Assembly (NCBI GenBank): GCA_965199955.1
Contig: CBDATQ010000002.1
Coordinates: 1,408,001 to 1,472,000, forward strand
DNA: 64,000 nt
Reading direction: 5' to 3'
Source of the DNA: Spirochaetia bacterium
GTDB lineage: Bacteria; Spirochaetota; Spirochaetia; SZUA-6; Bin103
How positions within the stretch are numbered: position 1 is the stretch's first letter; the number at the start of each line of letters is the position of its first letter. The translations under genes were made by a program, and so were the position numbers. The notes beneath the pieces were generated by a model that was given only the letters and a program-made list of their open reading frames with translations, was not told where the DNA came from and ran no database searches. Below are positions 1-8,393 of this stretch, piece by piece.

Positions 1-260
1 CGCAGCGCCATCCACCGATCGTCCTCGGACTGGAACTCCAGCAGGATCAGCAGATGCACCCAATGAGCGCCGAGGTGCAGGCGCCACACGGTATCGCCGT
101 GGCGCTTGCGCAACTCGTCACTGACGTACTCGGTGGAGAGCTCGTCCAACTCGGAGAAATCGGCGGCGGCCAGCAGGTCGGCTGGGAGGCAGGCGCGCAG
201 CCGGTGCTCGACCATGAGCTTGGAGGCGAACAGCCGCTTGTAGTTCTCGTCGTGCAGCAT
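1..260 (-). CDS. Rpn/YhgA-family recombination-promoting nuclease (putative transposase), N-terminal part, runs off the window edge
   Basis: Not in the ORF track. My translation from ATG at 260 gives MLHDENYKRLFASKLMVEHRLRACLPADLLAAADFSELDELSTEYVSDELRKRHGDTVWRLHLGAHWVHLLILLEFQSEDDRWMALR, with the HD..YK.LF, R..D.VWR and LLEFQS..D..MALR motifs of the family. Confidence 0.85.
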   Translation of the reverse strand, partial: MLHDENYKRLFASKLMVEHRLRACLPADLLAAADFSELDELSTEYVSDELRKRHGDTVWRLHLGAHWVHLLILLEFQSEDDRWMAL

Positions 261-388
261 GGTTTGGTCCCGCACTACCGATAGCGGCCCTCCGGCGCTG
301 GCGCTTCAACGGACCGCCGGCCGCCCGGTCGTCGCAGCCTTGACCCGCGTGCATGCCACGGAGACAGTCAGGTCTGGAGGCGGCAGGC

Positions 389-1552
389 ATGAAGATCACC
401 GAGGTGACGACCAGGACGTTCCTCCACCGCACGACGAGCAGCCATGACGATCTGGGCCATCCGATTCGCGGACCGGCGCACGACGTGTACGAGTCGCTGC
501 TGACCATCAGCACCGACGAAGGGGCGGCGGGCTACTCCTTCGGCGCCAGTCCCAACCTGGTGGACCAGGTGATAGCGCCGATGCTCGTCGGCAACGACCC
601 GTTCGACCGCGAGCGGTTGTGGCAACGGATGGCGATATCGCAGGGCATGATCCGTGACTTCCACCCTCAGGAACTGGCGGCCGTCGACCTGGCGCTGTGG
701 GACCTCGCCGGACGCTACCTGGGTCAGCCGATCCACAAGCTCCTGGGGGTATACCGGGACAAGGTGCCCGCCTACGCATCGAGCCCGCTGGGCACCTTCG
801 GTGGCGGCGCGCTGGACACGCCGGAGGCGTATGCGGAGCTGGCCGCGGCGTGTGTGAAGCGAGGATTCAAGGGATTCAAGCTCCACACCTGGTTTCCCTC
901 CGGACCGGACCAGGAGCTGGATCCGAAGCGGGACGTGGAGGCGTGCGAGGCGGTGCGAGACGCGGTCGGTCCGGACATCGACCTGATGCTCGACTGCTGG
1001 CACTTCTACAGCCGGGAGCACGCGCTGTACATAGGGCGGGAGCTCGACCGGCTCGGCTACTACTGGTTCGAGGAGCCGATGGACGAGTACAGCATGTCGT
1101 CCTACCGGTGGCTGGCCGAGCAACTGGACACTCCGATCCTCGGCCCCGAGCGAGCGCAGGGCAACCACCGGGTGCGGGCAGAGTGGATCAAGGCGGGAGC
1201 GTGCGACATCGTCCGCGTCGCGGTGGGGCACGAGGGCGGAATCACGCCGGCCATGAAGACCGTGCACCTTGCGGAGTCATTCGGCATGGCTGCCGAACCG
1301 CATGGGCCGGCCGACCAGTGCGTGCATCTGTGCGGCGTGACGGCGGCAGCGAAGTACCTGGAGGTCGGCTCCAACCCATCGTGGGAATGGACGCCGGCGC
1401 CCTGGCTCAAGTCGGACATCACCCTGATGGACGCGGACGGGTACGTGCCGATGCCACGAGGGCCGGGCTCCGGGCTGGAGATCGACTTCGACTACATCGA
1501 CGACCACGCGGTCGACCCGCCCGCGACGCTGCGCCTCCAGCGCCAGAAGTGA
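389..1552 (+). CDS. Mandelate racemase/muconate lactonizing enzyme (enolase superfamily)
   Basis: DLALWDLAGR, KxK (FKGFKL), metal ligands D/E/E (LMLD, WFEEP, GPE) and C-terminal PRGPGSG. ATG 389 follows GGAGG. Confidence 0.9.
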   Translation: MKITEVTTRTFLHRTTSSHDDLGHPIRGPAHDVYESLLTISTDEGAAGYSFGASPNLVDQVIAPMLVGNDPFDRERLWQRMAISQGMIRDFHPQELAAVDLALWDLAGRYLGQPIHKLLGVYRDKVPAYASSPLGTFGGGALDTPEAYAELAAACVKRGFKGFKLHTWFPSGPDQELDPKRDVEACEAVRDAVGPDIDLMLDCWHFYSREHALYIGRELDRLGYYWFEEPMDEYSMSSYRWLAEQLDTPILGPERAQGNHRVRAEWIKAGACDIVRVAVGHEGGITPAMKTVHLAESFGMAAEPHGPADQCVHLCGVTAAAKYLEVGSNPSWEWTPAPWLKSDITLMDADGYVPMPRGPGSGLEIDFDYIDDHAVDPPATLRLQRQK

Positions 1553-1698
1553 GCGACGCCGACGGCGAGGCGAGCGGTATCTACTCGGTGTGATGGAGAC
1601 CGACGCGCGCCGACGCCGAACCTGGACGCCCTGGGTTGCTCACGGAGCTTGTGGACAGTAGCACCGACTGGTGTAGCATGCGGTCTCGGGACAAGACG

Positions 1699-2189
1699 AT
1701 GCTGACACAGCAACGGATTCAGGAGTTGATCAAACTTCCCAAGACCATAGTCGGCCGCCGGCCCAGTCATGGCTATGGGGAGGAGAGTGGCAGCCGGCGT
1801 TGTGACCTGGACTTGCGAAGTCCCGGGCAGGATGACAGCATATTCGGGGTCTTCATCCGGCAGAGTCTGAAGTTCGCCGATAACTTCTCGATCGGACTGC
1901 GCTATAGGGCAGACTTTCCCTTAGGCGCGATCACCTTGTGCGCTACAACGGGCCGCACGGGGAGAGCAGCCGCGTTCCGGACGGGCACTACGCCAAGCCG
2001 CACATCCACCGCATCACCCAACAAGAAATCAATTCGGGGAGCACACAACCGCAGGAACGCGATCGCACGATCACTGACGCGTACGCAACGATAGAGCAGG
2101 CCCTCTGGGTTTTCTTCAACGACGCCGGTGTGTCGAACCACGATGAGTACTTTCCGGAGATAGGGCAGATGAGGAGGTCCTGTCAATAG
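1699..2189 (+). pseudogene. HxH-motif hypothetical protein (DUF6978-like), frameshifted near 1937, with its 3' end interrupted by IS256
   Basis: ORF 1636-2094 (MLTQQRIQELIKLPK...FSIGLRY...GAITL) and ORF 1938-2189 (RYNGPHG...GHYAKPHIHRIT...) join if one base is added at TTGTG(CGC). The original C-terminus resumes after the IS at 3523-3552. Confidence 0.65.
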
Positions 2190-3522
2190 GTGTGTAAACG
2201 AGTCAGGCAGCGTCCCGCTCCTGATCTTCGATTCGAATTCCGTCTCGGTACTCGGCTCCCACCCACACATCTTGAAGTAGCTCCGGCGCGTTCAGCTTCC
2301 GGAACTTCGTCTCGGCCACCAACAGCATCTTCCAGATCACGGCGGTGGCGTTGGCTACCTTCATGAATCGCTTCGCCGCATCGGTCCGTAACCTCAGCGC
2401 CGCGAACGGCGACTCGATCACATTGGTCGTCCGCAGGTGCCGCCAGTGAGCTCGTGGATACCCGTAGTAGCTCACCATCCGCTCCCAGTCCTGCGCGATC
2501 AACTCGGCGGCTCGCTGCAGCCCCTGGCCACGCGCCCAGCTCTGGAACGATCCTCGACGTTGCTCAGCCTCCTTGAGCGTCTCGGCGTAGGCGATCTTCT
2601 TCAGCTTCCCCTTCGCTTCCTCCTGAGAGCGCTTCGGCACCTGGTCCAGCACGTTGACGATCCGGTGATTCCAGCACCGTTGCTCCTCGGCGTCCGGATA
2701 CACCTCCCGCAGCGCCGCCCAGATCCCCAGGTGCCCGTCGCCGATCACCACCCGCGGACAGCGAAGGCCCCGCTGTCGGGCATCCCTGAGCATTCCCTTC
2801 CAGCTCTCGGTCGACTCCCGGTACCCGCTGCGCAGTGTGATGAGCACCTTGCGCCCGTCGGCCAGCCCGCCAATCGCCACCAGCAGCGCCGCCTTGTCCT
2901 TCTCCAGCCCCGCTTTCACGTACACGCCGTCGACCCACAGGTACACCAACTCCAGATCCGCCAGGCTGCGTTCGTGCCACGCGGCCGCCTCGGCGTGCCA
3001 GCGGTCCTTCACCCGCGCCACCGTGCTCGCCGACAGCGGCGCCCCCTCGCCGAACAGCCCCCGCAGCGCCAGTTCGAAATCGCCCAGCGCCAGCCCGTGC
3101 AGGTACAACTGCGGCAGCACGTCGGTGACCTCAGGCGTGCGCCGCGCACACAGCGCCAGCAGCGCGCTGTCGAACCGCTGCTGCAGCCCGCGCACCCGCG
3201 GCCGACGCACCCTCACCGTGCCGGCCCGTGTGGTCAGCTGCCGCGGCTTGCCGTAGCCGTTGCGGTAGCCGCGTTCCCCTTCATCTCGGCGACGGTAGCG
3301 GGCTCGGCCAAGAAACTGCGTCACCTCGTCCTCAAGCAATCCCTGCAGCCACTGCTGAACGTGGCGCCGGGCCATCTCCTCCATGGCCTGCCAGCACGCG
3401 CTTGACTGGGTGCTCTGCTTCGTGACCAACTCTTCCACGGCGGTGTCCTCCTGACTTTGTGGTGATTTCAGGATTCTACAGGGCGCCGCCTTTTTCGTTT
3501 ACACACCTCTTGATGGTAGCTC
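2174..3522 (-). mobile_element. IS256-family insertion sequence, 1349 bp
   Basis: Terminal IRs GAGGTCCTGTCAATAGGTGTGTAAACGA and (reverse complement) GAGCTACCATCAAGAGGTGTGTAAACGA. Perfect 8-bp TSD CAGATGAG at 2166-2173 and 3523-3530. Confidence 0.95.
2203..3438 (-). CDS. IS256-family DDE transposase
   Basis: GYRNGY, LWVDGVY, VIGDGHLG, QRCWNH, LRTTNVIES motifs. 411 aa, intact. Confidence 0.95.
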   Translation of the reverse strand: MEELVTKQSTQSSACWQAMEEMARRHVQQWLQGLLEDEVTQFLGRARYRRRDEGERGYRNGYGKPRQLTTRAGTVRVRRPRVRGLQQRFDSALLALCARRTPEVTDVLPQLYLHGLALGDFELALRGLFGEGAPLSASTVARVKDRWHAEAAAWHERSLADLELVYLWVDGVYVKAGLEKDKAALLVAIGGLADGRKVLITLRSGYRESTESWKGMLRDARQRGLRCPRVVIGDGHLGIWAALREVYPDAEEQRCWNHRIVNVLDQVPKRSQEEAKGKLKKIAYAETLKEAEQRRGSFQSWARGQGLQRAAELIAQDWERMVSYYGYPRAHWRHLRTTNVIESPFAALRLRTDAAKRFMKVANATAVIWKMLLVAETKFRKLNAPELLQDVWVGAEYRDGIRIEDQERDAA

Positions 3523-3538
3523 CAGATGAGGCTTTCAT

Positions 3539-4306
3539 ATGGACATCAATAATATCAGGGCCTCGCTCAGCAGCAGTATATCATCAGGCTTCGACATCTA
3601 CGAGAGGTGCCGAGGCGATTACCAACTCATCGTCCCAATCTTCCATGAGGACGGCGACATGGTGGACATCTACCTGCAGGAGAGCCCGCAGGGCGAAGCA
3701 TACGTCCGGCTCTGCGACCTCGGCATGGCGCTTATGAGGCTCTCCTACTCGTACGATCTGAACACGGACGCCCGGCGGCGTATTTTCGACGACATTCTGA
3801 TCAACAACCGGGTCGTGAATGACGATGGCAACCTTCGCCTCGACGTGCCCGTGGGAGCGCTCTACGAAGGAATCATGCAGTTCGCTGGCTGCGTCCAAAA
3901 GGTGTGCAACATGCGCTACTGGGCGAGGGAAACCGTCCGCAGCGCGTTCTATGATGACCTGAGCTACTACATAACATCAAACCTGACGTCATACTCTCCG
4001 GTTGCCAGCCAAGCCCCCTTGCCAAGTGCCGGGGTTTTCAGCGTGGATTGGACGCTGACGCACAATCGGCGCGACTTCTACCTCTTTGGCGTGCTCGGCA
4101 ACGACAAGGCCAAGAACGTGGCGATCACTCTGCTGGAGTTCCAGAAGGCAACGCTTCCGTTCATAAGTTTGGTCATCCACGAGGACATGGAAGCGTTGGG
4201 CAGAAGAGAGCGCCAGTACCTCACCCGCAACGCCGACCGGCAATATCCGGTCCTGGACGATTTCAAGGAGAGTGTGGAGGCTGACCTGCGCCGGCTAGCA
4301 GCGTAA
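3539..4306 (+). CDS. DUF1828/DUF1829-like protein
   Basis: N-terminal P..HEDGD.VDIYL...VRLCDLGMALMRLSY pattern typical of DUF1828. The C-terminal half (F.VDW...FYLFGV) resembles a nuclease-fold domain. Confidence 0.7.
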   Translation: MDINNIRASLSSSISSGFDIYERCRGDYQLIVPIFHEDGDMVDIYLQESPQGEAYVRLCDLGMALMRLSYSYDLNTDARRRIFDDILINNRVVNDDGNLRLDVPVGALYEGIMQFAGCVQKVCNMRYWARETVRSAFYDDLSYYITSNLTSYSPVASQAPLPSAGVFSVDWTLTHNRRDFYLFGVLGNDKAKNVAITLLEFQKATLPFISLVIHEDMEALGRRERQYLTRNADRQYPVLDDFKESVEADLRRLAA

Positions 4307-4498
4307 CCGTAGAGATGGGCTCCGCCATTGCCGTTGATTGATCCGTGCCCGGCCCTTCTCCGGGGTTGGCGGATCCGACGCAAGGGCGGAGCGGGACGGT
4401 GCTTGCAAGCTGGAGCCATGCTCGCTGGCGTCCGCGCCGCCAGCGCCGAGCCTGTATGGCTCTGGCGAATCAGGGTAAGCGACCGGCGAAACCAGGCT

Positions 4499-5962
4499 CT
4501 ATGAAGCCGGCGGCGGTGGACGCGCAGTCGGCAGGAGCGAGAGGTAGTCGGCGCGGGTGCGCGCATGCGGCAGCCTCTCGAACAGCTCGCGCAGATACCA
4601 GTACGGCTCGCGCCGGTTGGCCTTGGCGGTCTCGATCAGGCTGTACAGGATCGCGCTCGCCTTGGCTCCGCGCGGGCTGCCGGAAAACAGCCAGTTCTTG
4701 CGGCCCACCACGAACGGGCGGATCGCCTGTTCGCAGGCGTTGTTGTCCGGGCTCATCTGCGGGTGGTCCAGATAGCGGATCAGCTTCGGCCACTCGCTGA
4801 GCGCGAAGGCCACCGCCTTGCCGAGCGCCGAGCCGGGCAGCACCTGGTCGCGTTTCTCCTGCAGCCAGCCGTGGAACTTCGCCAGCACCGGTTGCACCTG
4901 TGCGCGCCGCGCGGCCACGAACCGCTCAGGGTCCTTATCGCGGTACTTCGACAGTTCCGACTCGGCGCGGTACAGCTTGGCGATGAACCCCAGCGCATGC
5001 AGCGCCGCTGCGGCCCGGCTGGACACCTTGCCCAGCGCGTCGGCGGCCTCCTTGAACGCTCGCCGCACGTGCGCCCAACAGCCCACGTGCACGATGCCGG
5101 GCTGCGCACACGGGCGCGCGTAGCCGTCGTACCGGTCGGTCTGCACGTAGCCCTGGTAGTCGCCGATGATCTGGAAGGCTACCCGCGCGGCGCGGCTGGG
5201 CTCATAGCGGTACACCACCACCGGCTCATCAGGCAGACCGCCGCGCGCCACCCACACGTAGCTCAGGTCGGTGTTGGCGCGGTCCTGCTCCTTGAGCACC
5301 TGTACGGTGGTCTCGTCGATCTGCAGGGTCGGTCCGCAGCGCAGTTTGTCGAGCAGCGCCTCCATCAGCGCCTGGCAGGCTGTGGCGGCAGCGATCATCC
5401 AGTCCGACATCGTGCGCCGCGACAGCTCGACGCCGAGGCGCGCGAACTGCCGCTCCTGGCGGTACAGAGGCAGCGCGTCGCAGAACTTCGCCGTGGCGAT
5501 AAACGCCAGCAATCCCTCCGAGGCCAGCCCCTCCGAGGCCAGCCCCTTCGGGATCCGCACCGCCGGATGCTCTTCGTCGCCGGAGCCTTCGCAGTGATGA
5601 CAGGCGTACTTGGGCCGCACCGTGCGGATCACCCGTACCTGCGGCGGGATCACGTCGAGCTTCTCGGAGGTGTCCTCGCCGATGCGCACCAGGGGGTGGC
5701 CACACTCACACTGCTTGTCCTGCTCGGGCAGGTCGATGACCTGCTCGATCCGTGGCAGCGCCTGCGGCAGCGGTCTGCGCCGCGGGCGGCTGCCAGTGCG
5801 CGCAAGCACCTTGGCGGCCGCCTGATCCGCGGACGGCTCATCGTCCGGCGATGGGCTGTCGGCGGAGTGTTCGATCTCATCGAACAGTCGAATCTGCAGC
5901 CGCTCGGCGGCGGTGAGCTGTTCGGTACCGCGTCCATACAGCTTGTTCTTGAACCACTCCAC
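4499..5962 (-). CDS. tnpC: IS66 transposase TnpC
   Basis: Zn ribbon (CECG, CHHC), LPLYRQ, QIDETT, GCWAHVRR, DNNACEQAIRP, GRKNWLF. N-terminus looks shortened. Contains a 15-bp tandem duplication at 5514-5543. Confidence 0.9.
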   Translation of the reverse strand: MEWFKNKLYGRGTEQLTAAERLQIRLFDEIEHSADSPSPDDEPSADQAAAKVLARTGSRPRRRPLPQALPRIEQVIDLPEQDKQCECGHPLVRIGEDTSEKLDVIPPQVRVIRTVRPKYACHHCEGSGDEEHPAVRIPKGLASEGLASEGLLAFIATAKFCDALPLYRQERQFARLGVELSRRTMSDWMIAAATACQALMEALLDKLRCGPTLQIDETTVQVLKEQDRANTDLSYVWVARGGLPDEPVVVYRYEPSRAARVAFQIIGDYQGYVQTDRYDGYARPCAQPGIVHVGCWAHVRRAFKEAADALGKVSSRAAAALHALGFIAKLYRAESELSKYRDKDPERFVAARRAQVQPVLAKFHGWLQEKRDQVLPGSALGKAVAFALSEWPKLIRYLDHPQMSPDNNACEQAIRPFVVGRKNWLFSGSPRGAKASAILYSLIETAKANRREPYWYLRELFERLPHARTRADYLSLLPTARPPPPAS

Positions 5963-6007
5963 CTGTTAGATGCCTTAGCACGAAGTACGCTGACATTTCA
6001 ACCCACC

Positions 6008-6348
6008 TCAGGCGATTTCCCGGTACCGGAGCTCCTCGTGGGTATGCCAGAAATCGATCCGATCAGCAGCATCCGAAGCTCCTCGATGCCGATCTCTCGG
6101 CGCGCCTCGGTCGCCGTTCGCGGCCACGGAAATCGCCCCTTCATCCACAGACAGAATCCCGTCCGATCCCAGTACACCGCTTTCAGCACGCGCCGCCGCG
6201 CGTTGCAGAACACGAACAGCGCCGTCTCGAACGGACTGAGCTGCATCTGCTCCTGCACCAGCACTACCAGCCCGTTGACCTGCGTGCGCATATCGGTCGC
6301 CCCAGGCCGTACGAAGATCCGCGCCGCGCCCAGCTCCACCCGGATCAC
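6008..6348 (-). pseudogene. tnpB: IS66 accessory protein TnpB, frameshifted near its 3' end
   Basis: GATDMR..NGL, LFVFCN.RR..LKAVYWDRTGFCLWMK. The IDFWHTHEELRY tail lies in another frame. Confidence 0.8.
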
Positions 6349-6659
6349 CGCTCGCCCTCCAGCGCCTCCAGTACTTCGCGCAGATCGGTAGCCCGCACCG
6401 ACGGCCTCAGCCTCAGCACGTACCGCTGGCCGACCACCAGCTCGATCGTCGCGCCCGGCTCGGCACCGCCGCCGCGCTGCCCCAGTTCGACCAGCCGCTG
6501 ACTCTCCGGCCCCGAGGACTGCCTCGACTTGCCCGCCCACCGGCACAGCGACGAATACGGCAGGCCATGCCGCTCGCTGTACGCCTTGCTCGACAGGCCG
6601 CTGCTCCGCCACTCGGCAACCTGCTGGCTCCAATACTCGCGCCCGTGTCTCTCGTTCAC
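6345..6659 (-). CDS. tnpA: IS66 accessory protein TnpA
   Basis: W...VAEWRSSGLS..AY..RHGL...SL..W HTH pattern. First ORF of the IS, overlapping tnpB by GTGA. Confidence 0.8.
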   Translation of the reverse strand: MNERHGREYWSQQVAEWRSSGLSSKAYSERHGLPYSSLCRWAGKSRQSSGPESQRLVELGQRGGGAEPGATIELVVGQRYVLRLRPSVRATDLREVLEALEGER

Positions 6660-6741
6660 CTCATCGTCCCTCCTGACAGGGACGATCACCCGCTATTTCA
6701 GCCGTCGTAAGGTGGGGTTCAGCGGACGCTTACGAATCAGG

Positions 6742-6972
6742 CAAGCGACGGACGGAATGTTCATATGTGAAGTCAAGGCTCAGAGTGATGCAACAGATCC
6801 TGTTGTTCACGCGAAGTCGCAGGCGGCCGTCACTTGGTGCAAGGAAGCGTCAGAGTTGGCGCGGGCTGGAAGCCAGAAAATCTGGCGGTATCTGCTCATA
6901 ACAGACGATCTTCGGGTCGGCTCAAGTATGTTCTATGGGCTGGTTTCGAGATGCAATTCGAGCGAGAGGTAG
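6742..6972 (+). pseudogene. C-terminal remnant resembling the nuclease tail of a type III restriction (Res) subunit
   Basis: DGMFICEVKA...DPVVHAKSQAAVTWCKEASE...KIWRYLLI contains an ExK and the K..AA..WC..A.....W.YLLI tail I recall from Res subunits. No helicase part nearby. Confidence 0.55.
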
Positions 6973-7069
6973 AGCCGAGTCGGTGCGCTGAGATTAGGCC
7001 CGGTAGGTTCGTCGCGGTACGAAGATGACGCGCCCGGTCCAGTGGCCGGGATAGCGGTCGGCGATCGGG

Positions 7070-8353
7070 TCAGCGGCCATCGGTCACCTCCGCGCGGCGC
7101 GGCTCCAGGTCGACTGTCAGCGAGCGGAGCACGGGTCGCAGCATGCCCGGATGGTAGCTCGGTTGCTCGGCCGGCCGCAGCGCGGGCCGGCGGGCGAGCA
7201 GTGCGGGCAGGGCGACGGCCGTCTCCAGGCGCGCCAGGGCGGCGCCGATGCAGAAGTGCACGCCGTGGCCGAAGGCGACGTGGCGGAGCTCGGCGGCGGG
7301 GCGCCGGACGTCGAACCGCTCCGGGTCGGCGAACACCTCCGGGTCGCGGTTGGCCGAGGCGAGCACCAGTTGGACGAGCTGACCGCGCCGCAGGAGGACG
7401 CCGCGAATCTGCACGTCCGCGGTGACCACGCGGCGCACCGCCGGCACCGAGCCGACCCAGCGCAGGATCTCCTCGATCGCGGACGGCAGGAGTGCCGGAT
7501 CGTCGCGCAGCAGCGCCATCTGCTCCGGATGGCGGAGCAGGGTGAACAGTCCGTTGGCGATCAGGTTGGCGGTGGTCTCGTGGCCGGCCTGGAACAGGAT
7601 GGCGCAGGTGGCCAGCAGCTCCTCCTCGCCCAGGAAGTCGCCCGACTCGTCGGCGTCCGCCAGCGCGGTGAGCAGGTCGTCGCGCGGGGCGGCGCGCCGC
7701 TCGGCCAGCAGCGCCCGGAAGCGGTCATAGACGGCCATGGTCGTCGCCTGCACCCGCAGCGCGTTGTCGGCGCTCAGGTGGCCGTTGCCGTCGAAGTAGG
7801 CGCGCAGCGCCTGCGCGTAGTCCCGGAACAGCGGGTAGGCATCGGGGTCCGCCGACGGCGGCACGCCGAGCAGCTCCGCGATCACCCGCATCGACAGCGG
7901 GTAGGCCAGCTCGCCGACGACCTCCAGCCGGCCGGAGCGGTCCGCGCCGGCCAGGAGCTCGGTGGTGATGCGCTCCACGCTCGGCCGCAGGCCGGCGACG
8001 ATGCGCGGCGTGAAGGCGCGCTGCACCAGCCGGCGCAGGCGCGTGTGGTCCGGCGGGTCGCTGTTCAGCAGGCCGCCCGCCGCGAAGATGCGGCGCAGCG
8101 GGCGCAGTCGCTCCTGCGCCGCGGCCGGCAGCCGCTCCAGCAGCGGCGTCTGGCGCCCCGCGCTGGAGTAGCGGTCCGGGGCGTGCAGCATCGCCATCAC
8201 GTCGGCGTGCCGGGTGACGATCCAGCCCCGCCACGGTTCGCACCAGTAGACGGGGTGCTCGGCGCGCAGGCGCGCGTACGCCGGGTACGGGTCGGCGTAG
8301 AAGGCGTTCGACGCCAGGTGGCGGTCCAACGCCGGATCTGGCACGCTGGCCAC
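7070..8353 (-). CDS. Cytochrome P450
   Basis: DPPDHTRLR, AGHETT, EEILR (ExxR), SANRDP and heme motif FGHGVHFCIG. GTG 8353 chosen as start to avoid overlap with the divergent gene. Confidence 0.95.
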   Translation of the reverse strand: MASVPDPALDRHLASNAFYADPYPAYARLRAEHPVYWCEPWRGWIVTRHADVMAMLHAPDRYSSAGRQTPLLERLPAAAQERLRPLRRIFAAGGLLNSDPPDHTRLRRLVQRAFTPRIVAGLRPSVERITTELLAGADRSGRLEVVGELAYPLSMRVIAELLGVPPSADPDAYPLFRDYAQALRAYFDGNGHLSADNALRVQATTMAVYDRFRALLAERRAAPRDDLLTALADADESGDFLGEEELLATCAILFQAGHETTANLIANGLFTLLRHPEQMALLRDDPALLPSAIEEILRWVGSVPAVRRVVTADVQIRGVLLRRGQLVQLVLASANRDPEVFADPERFDVRRPAAELRHVAFGHGVHFCIGAALARLETAVALPALLARRPALRPAEQPSYHPGMLRPVLRSLTVDLEPRRAEVTDGR

Positions 8354-8360
8354 GGTGGGC

Positions 8361-8370
8361 AGGGTAGCAT
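8361..8370. promoter_or_regulatory. Candidate overlapping divergent -10 boxes (TACCCT on -, TAGCAT on +)
   Basis: AGGGTAGCAT lies in the 40-bp gap between the P450 start and the oxidoreductase start. The - strand box is 7 nt before GTG 8353. Confidence 0.35.
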
Positions 8371-8393
8371 CCGGCCCGCCGGAGGAGTCCTCC

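Larger units (their letters stand above)
4475..6733 (-). mobile_element. IS66-family insertion sequence, 2259 bp, decayed
   Basis: Ends GTAAGCGACCGGCGAAACC and (reverse complement) GTAAGCGTCCGCTGAACCC. Perfect 8-bp TSD GAATCAGG at 4467-4474 and 6734-6741. tnpA-tnpB-tnpC layout. Confidence 0.95.

Noticed and set aside
4301..4371. attC-like imperfect palindrome after the DUF1828-like stop (GCGTAAC...AGATGGGC...GCCCTTCT...GTTGGCG)
   Set aside because: R boxes deviate from RYYYAAC/GTTRRRY, there is no matching core site upstream of the module, and no second site or integrase is present. IntegronFinder would decide.
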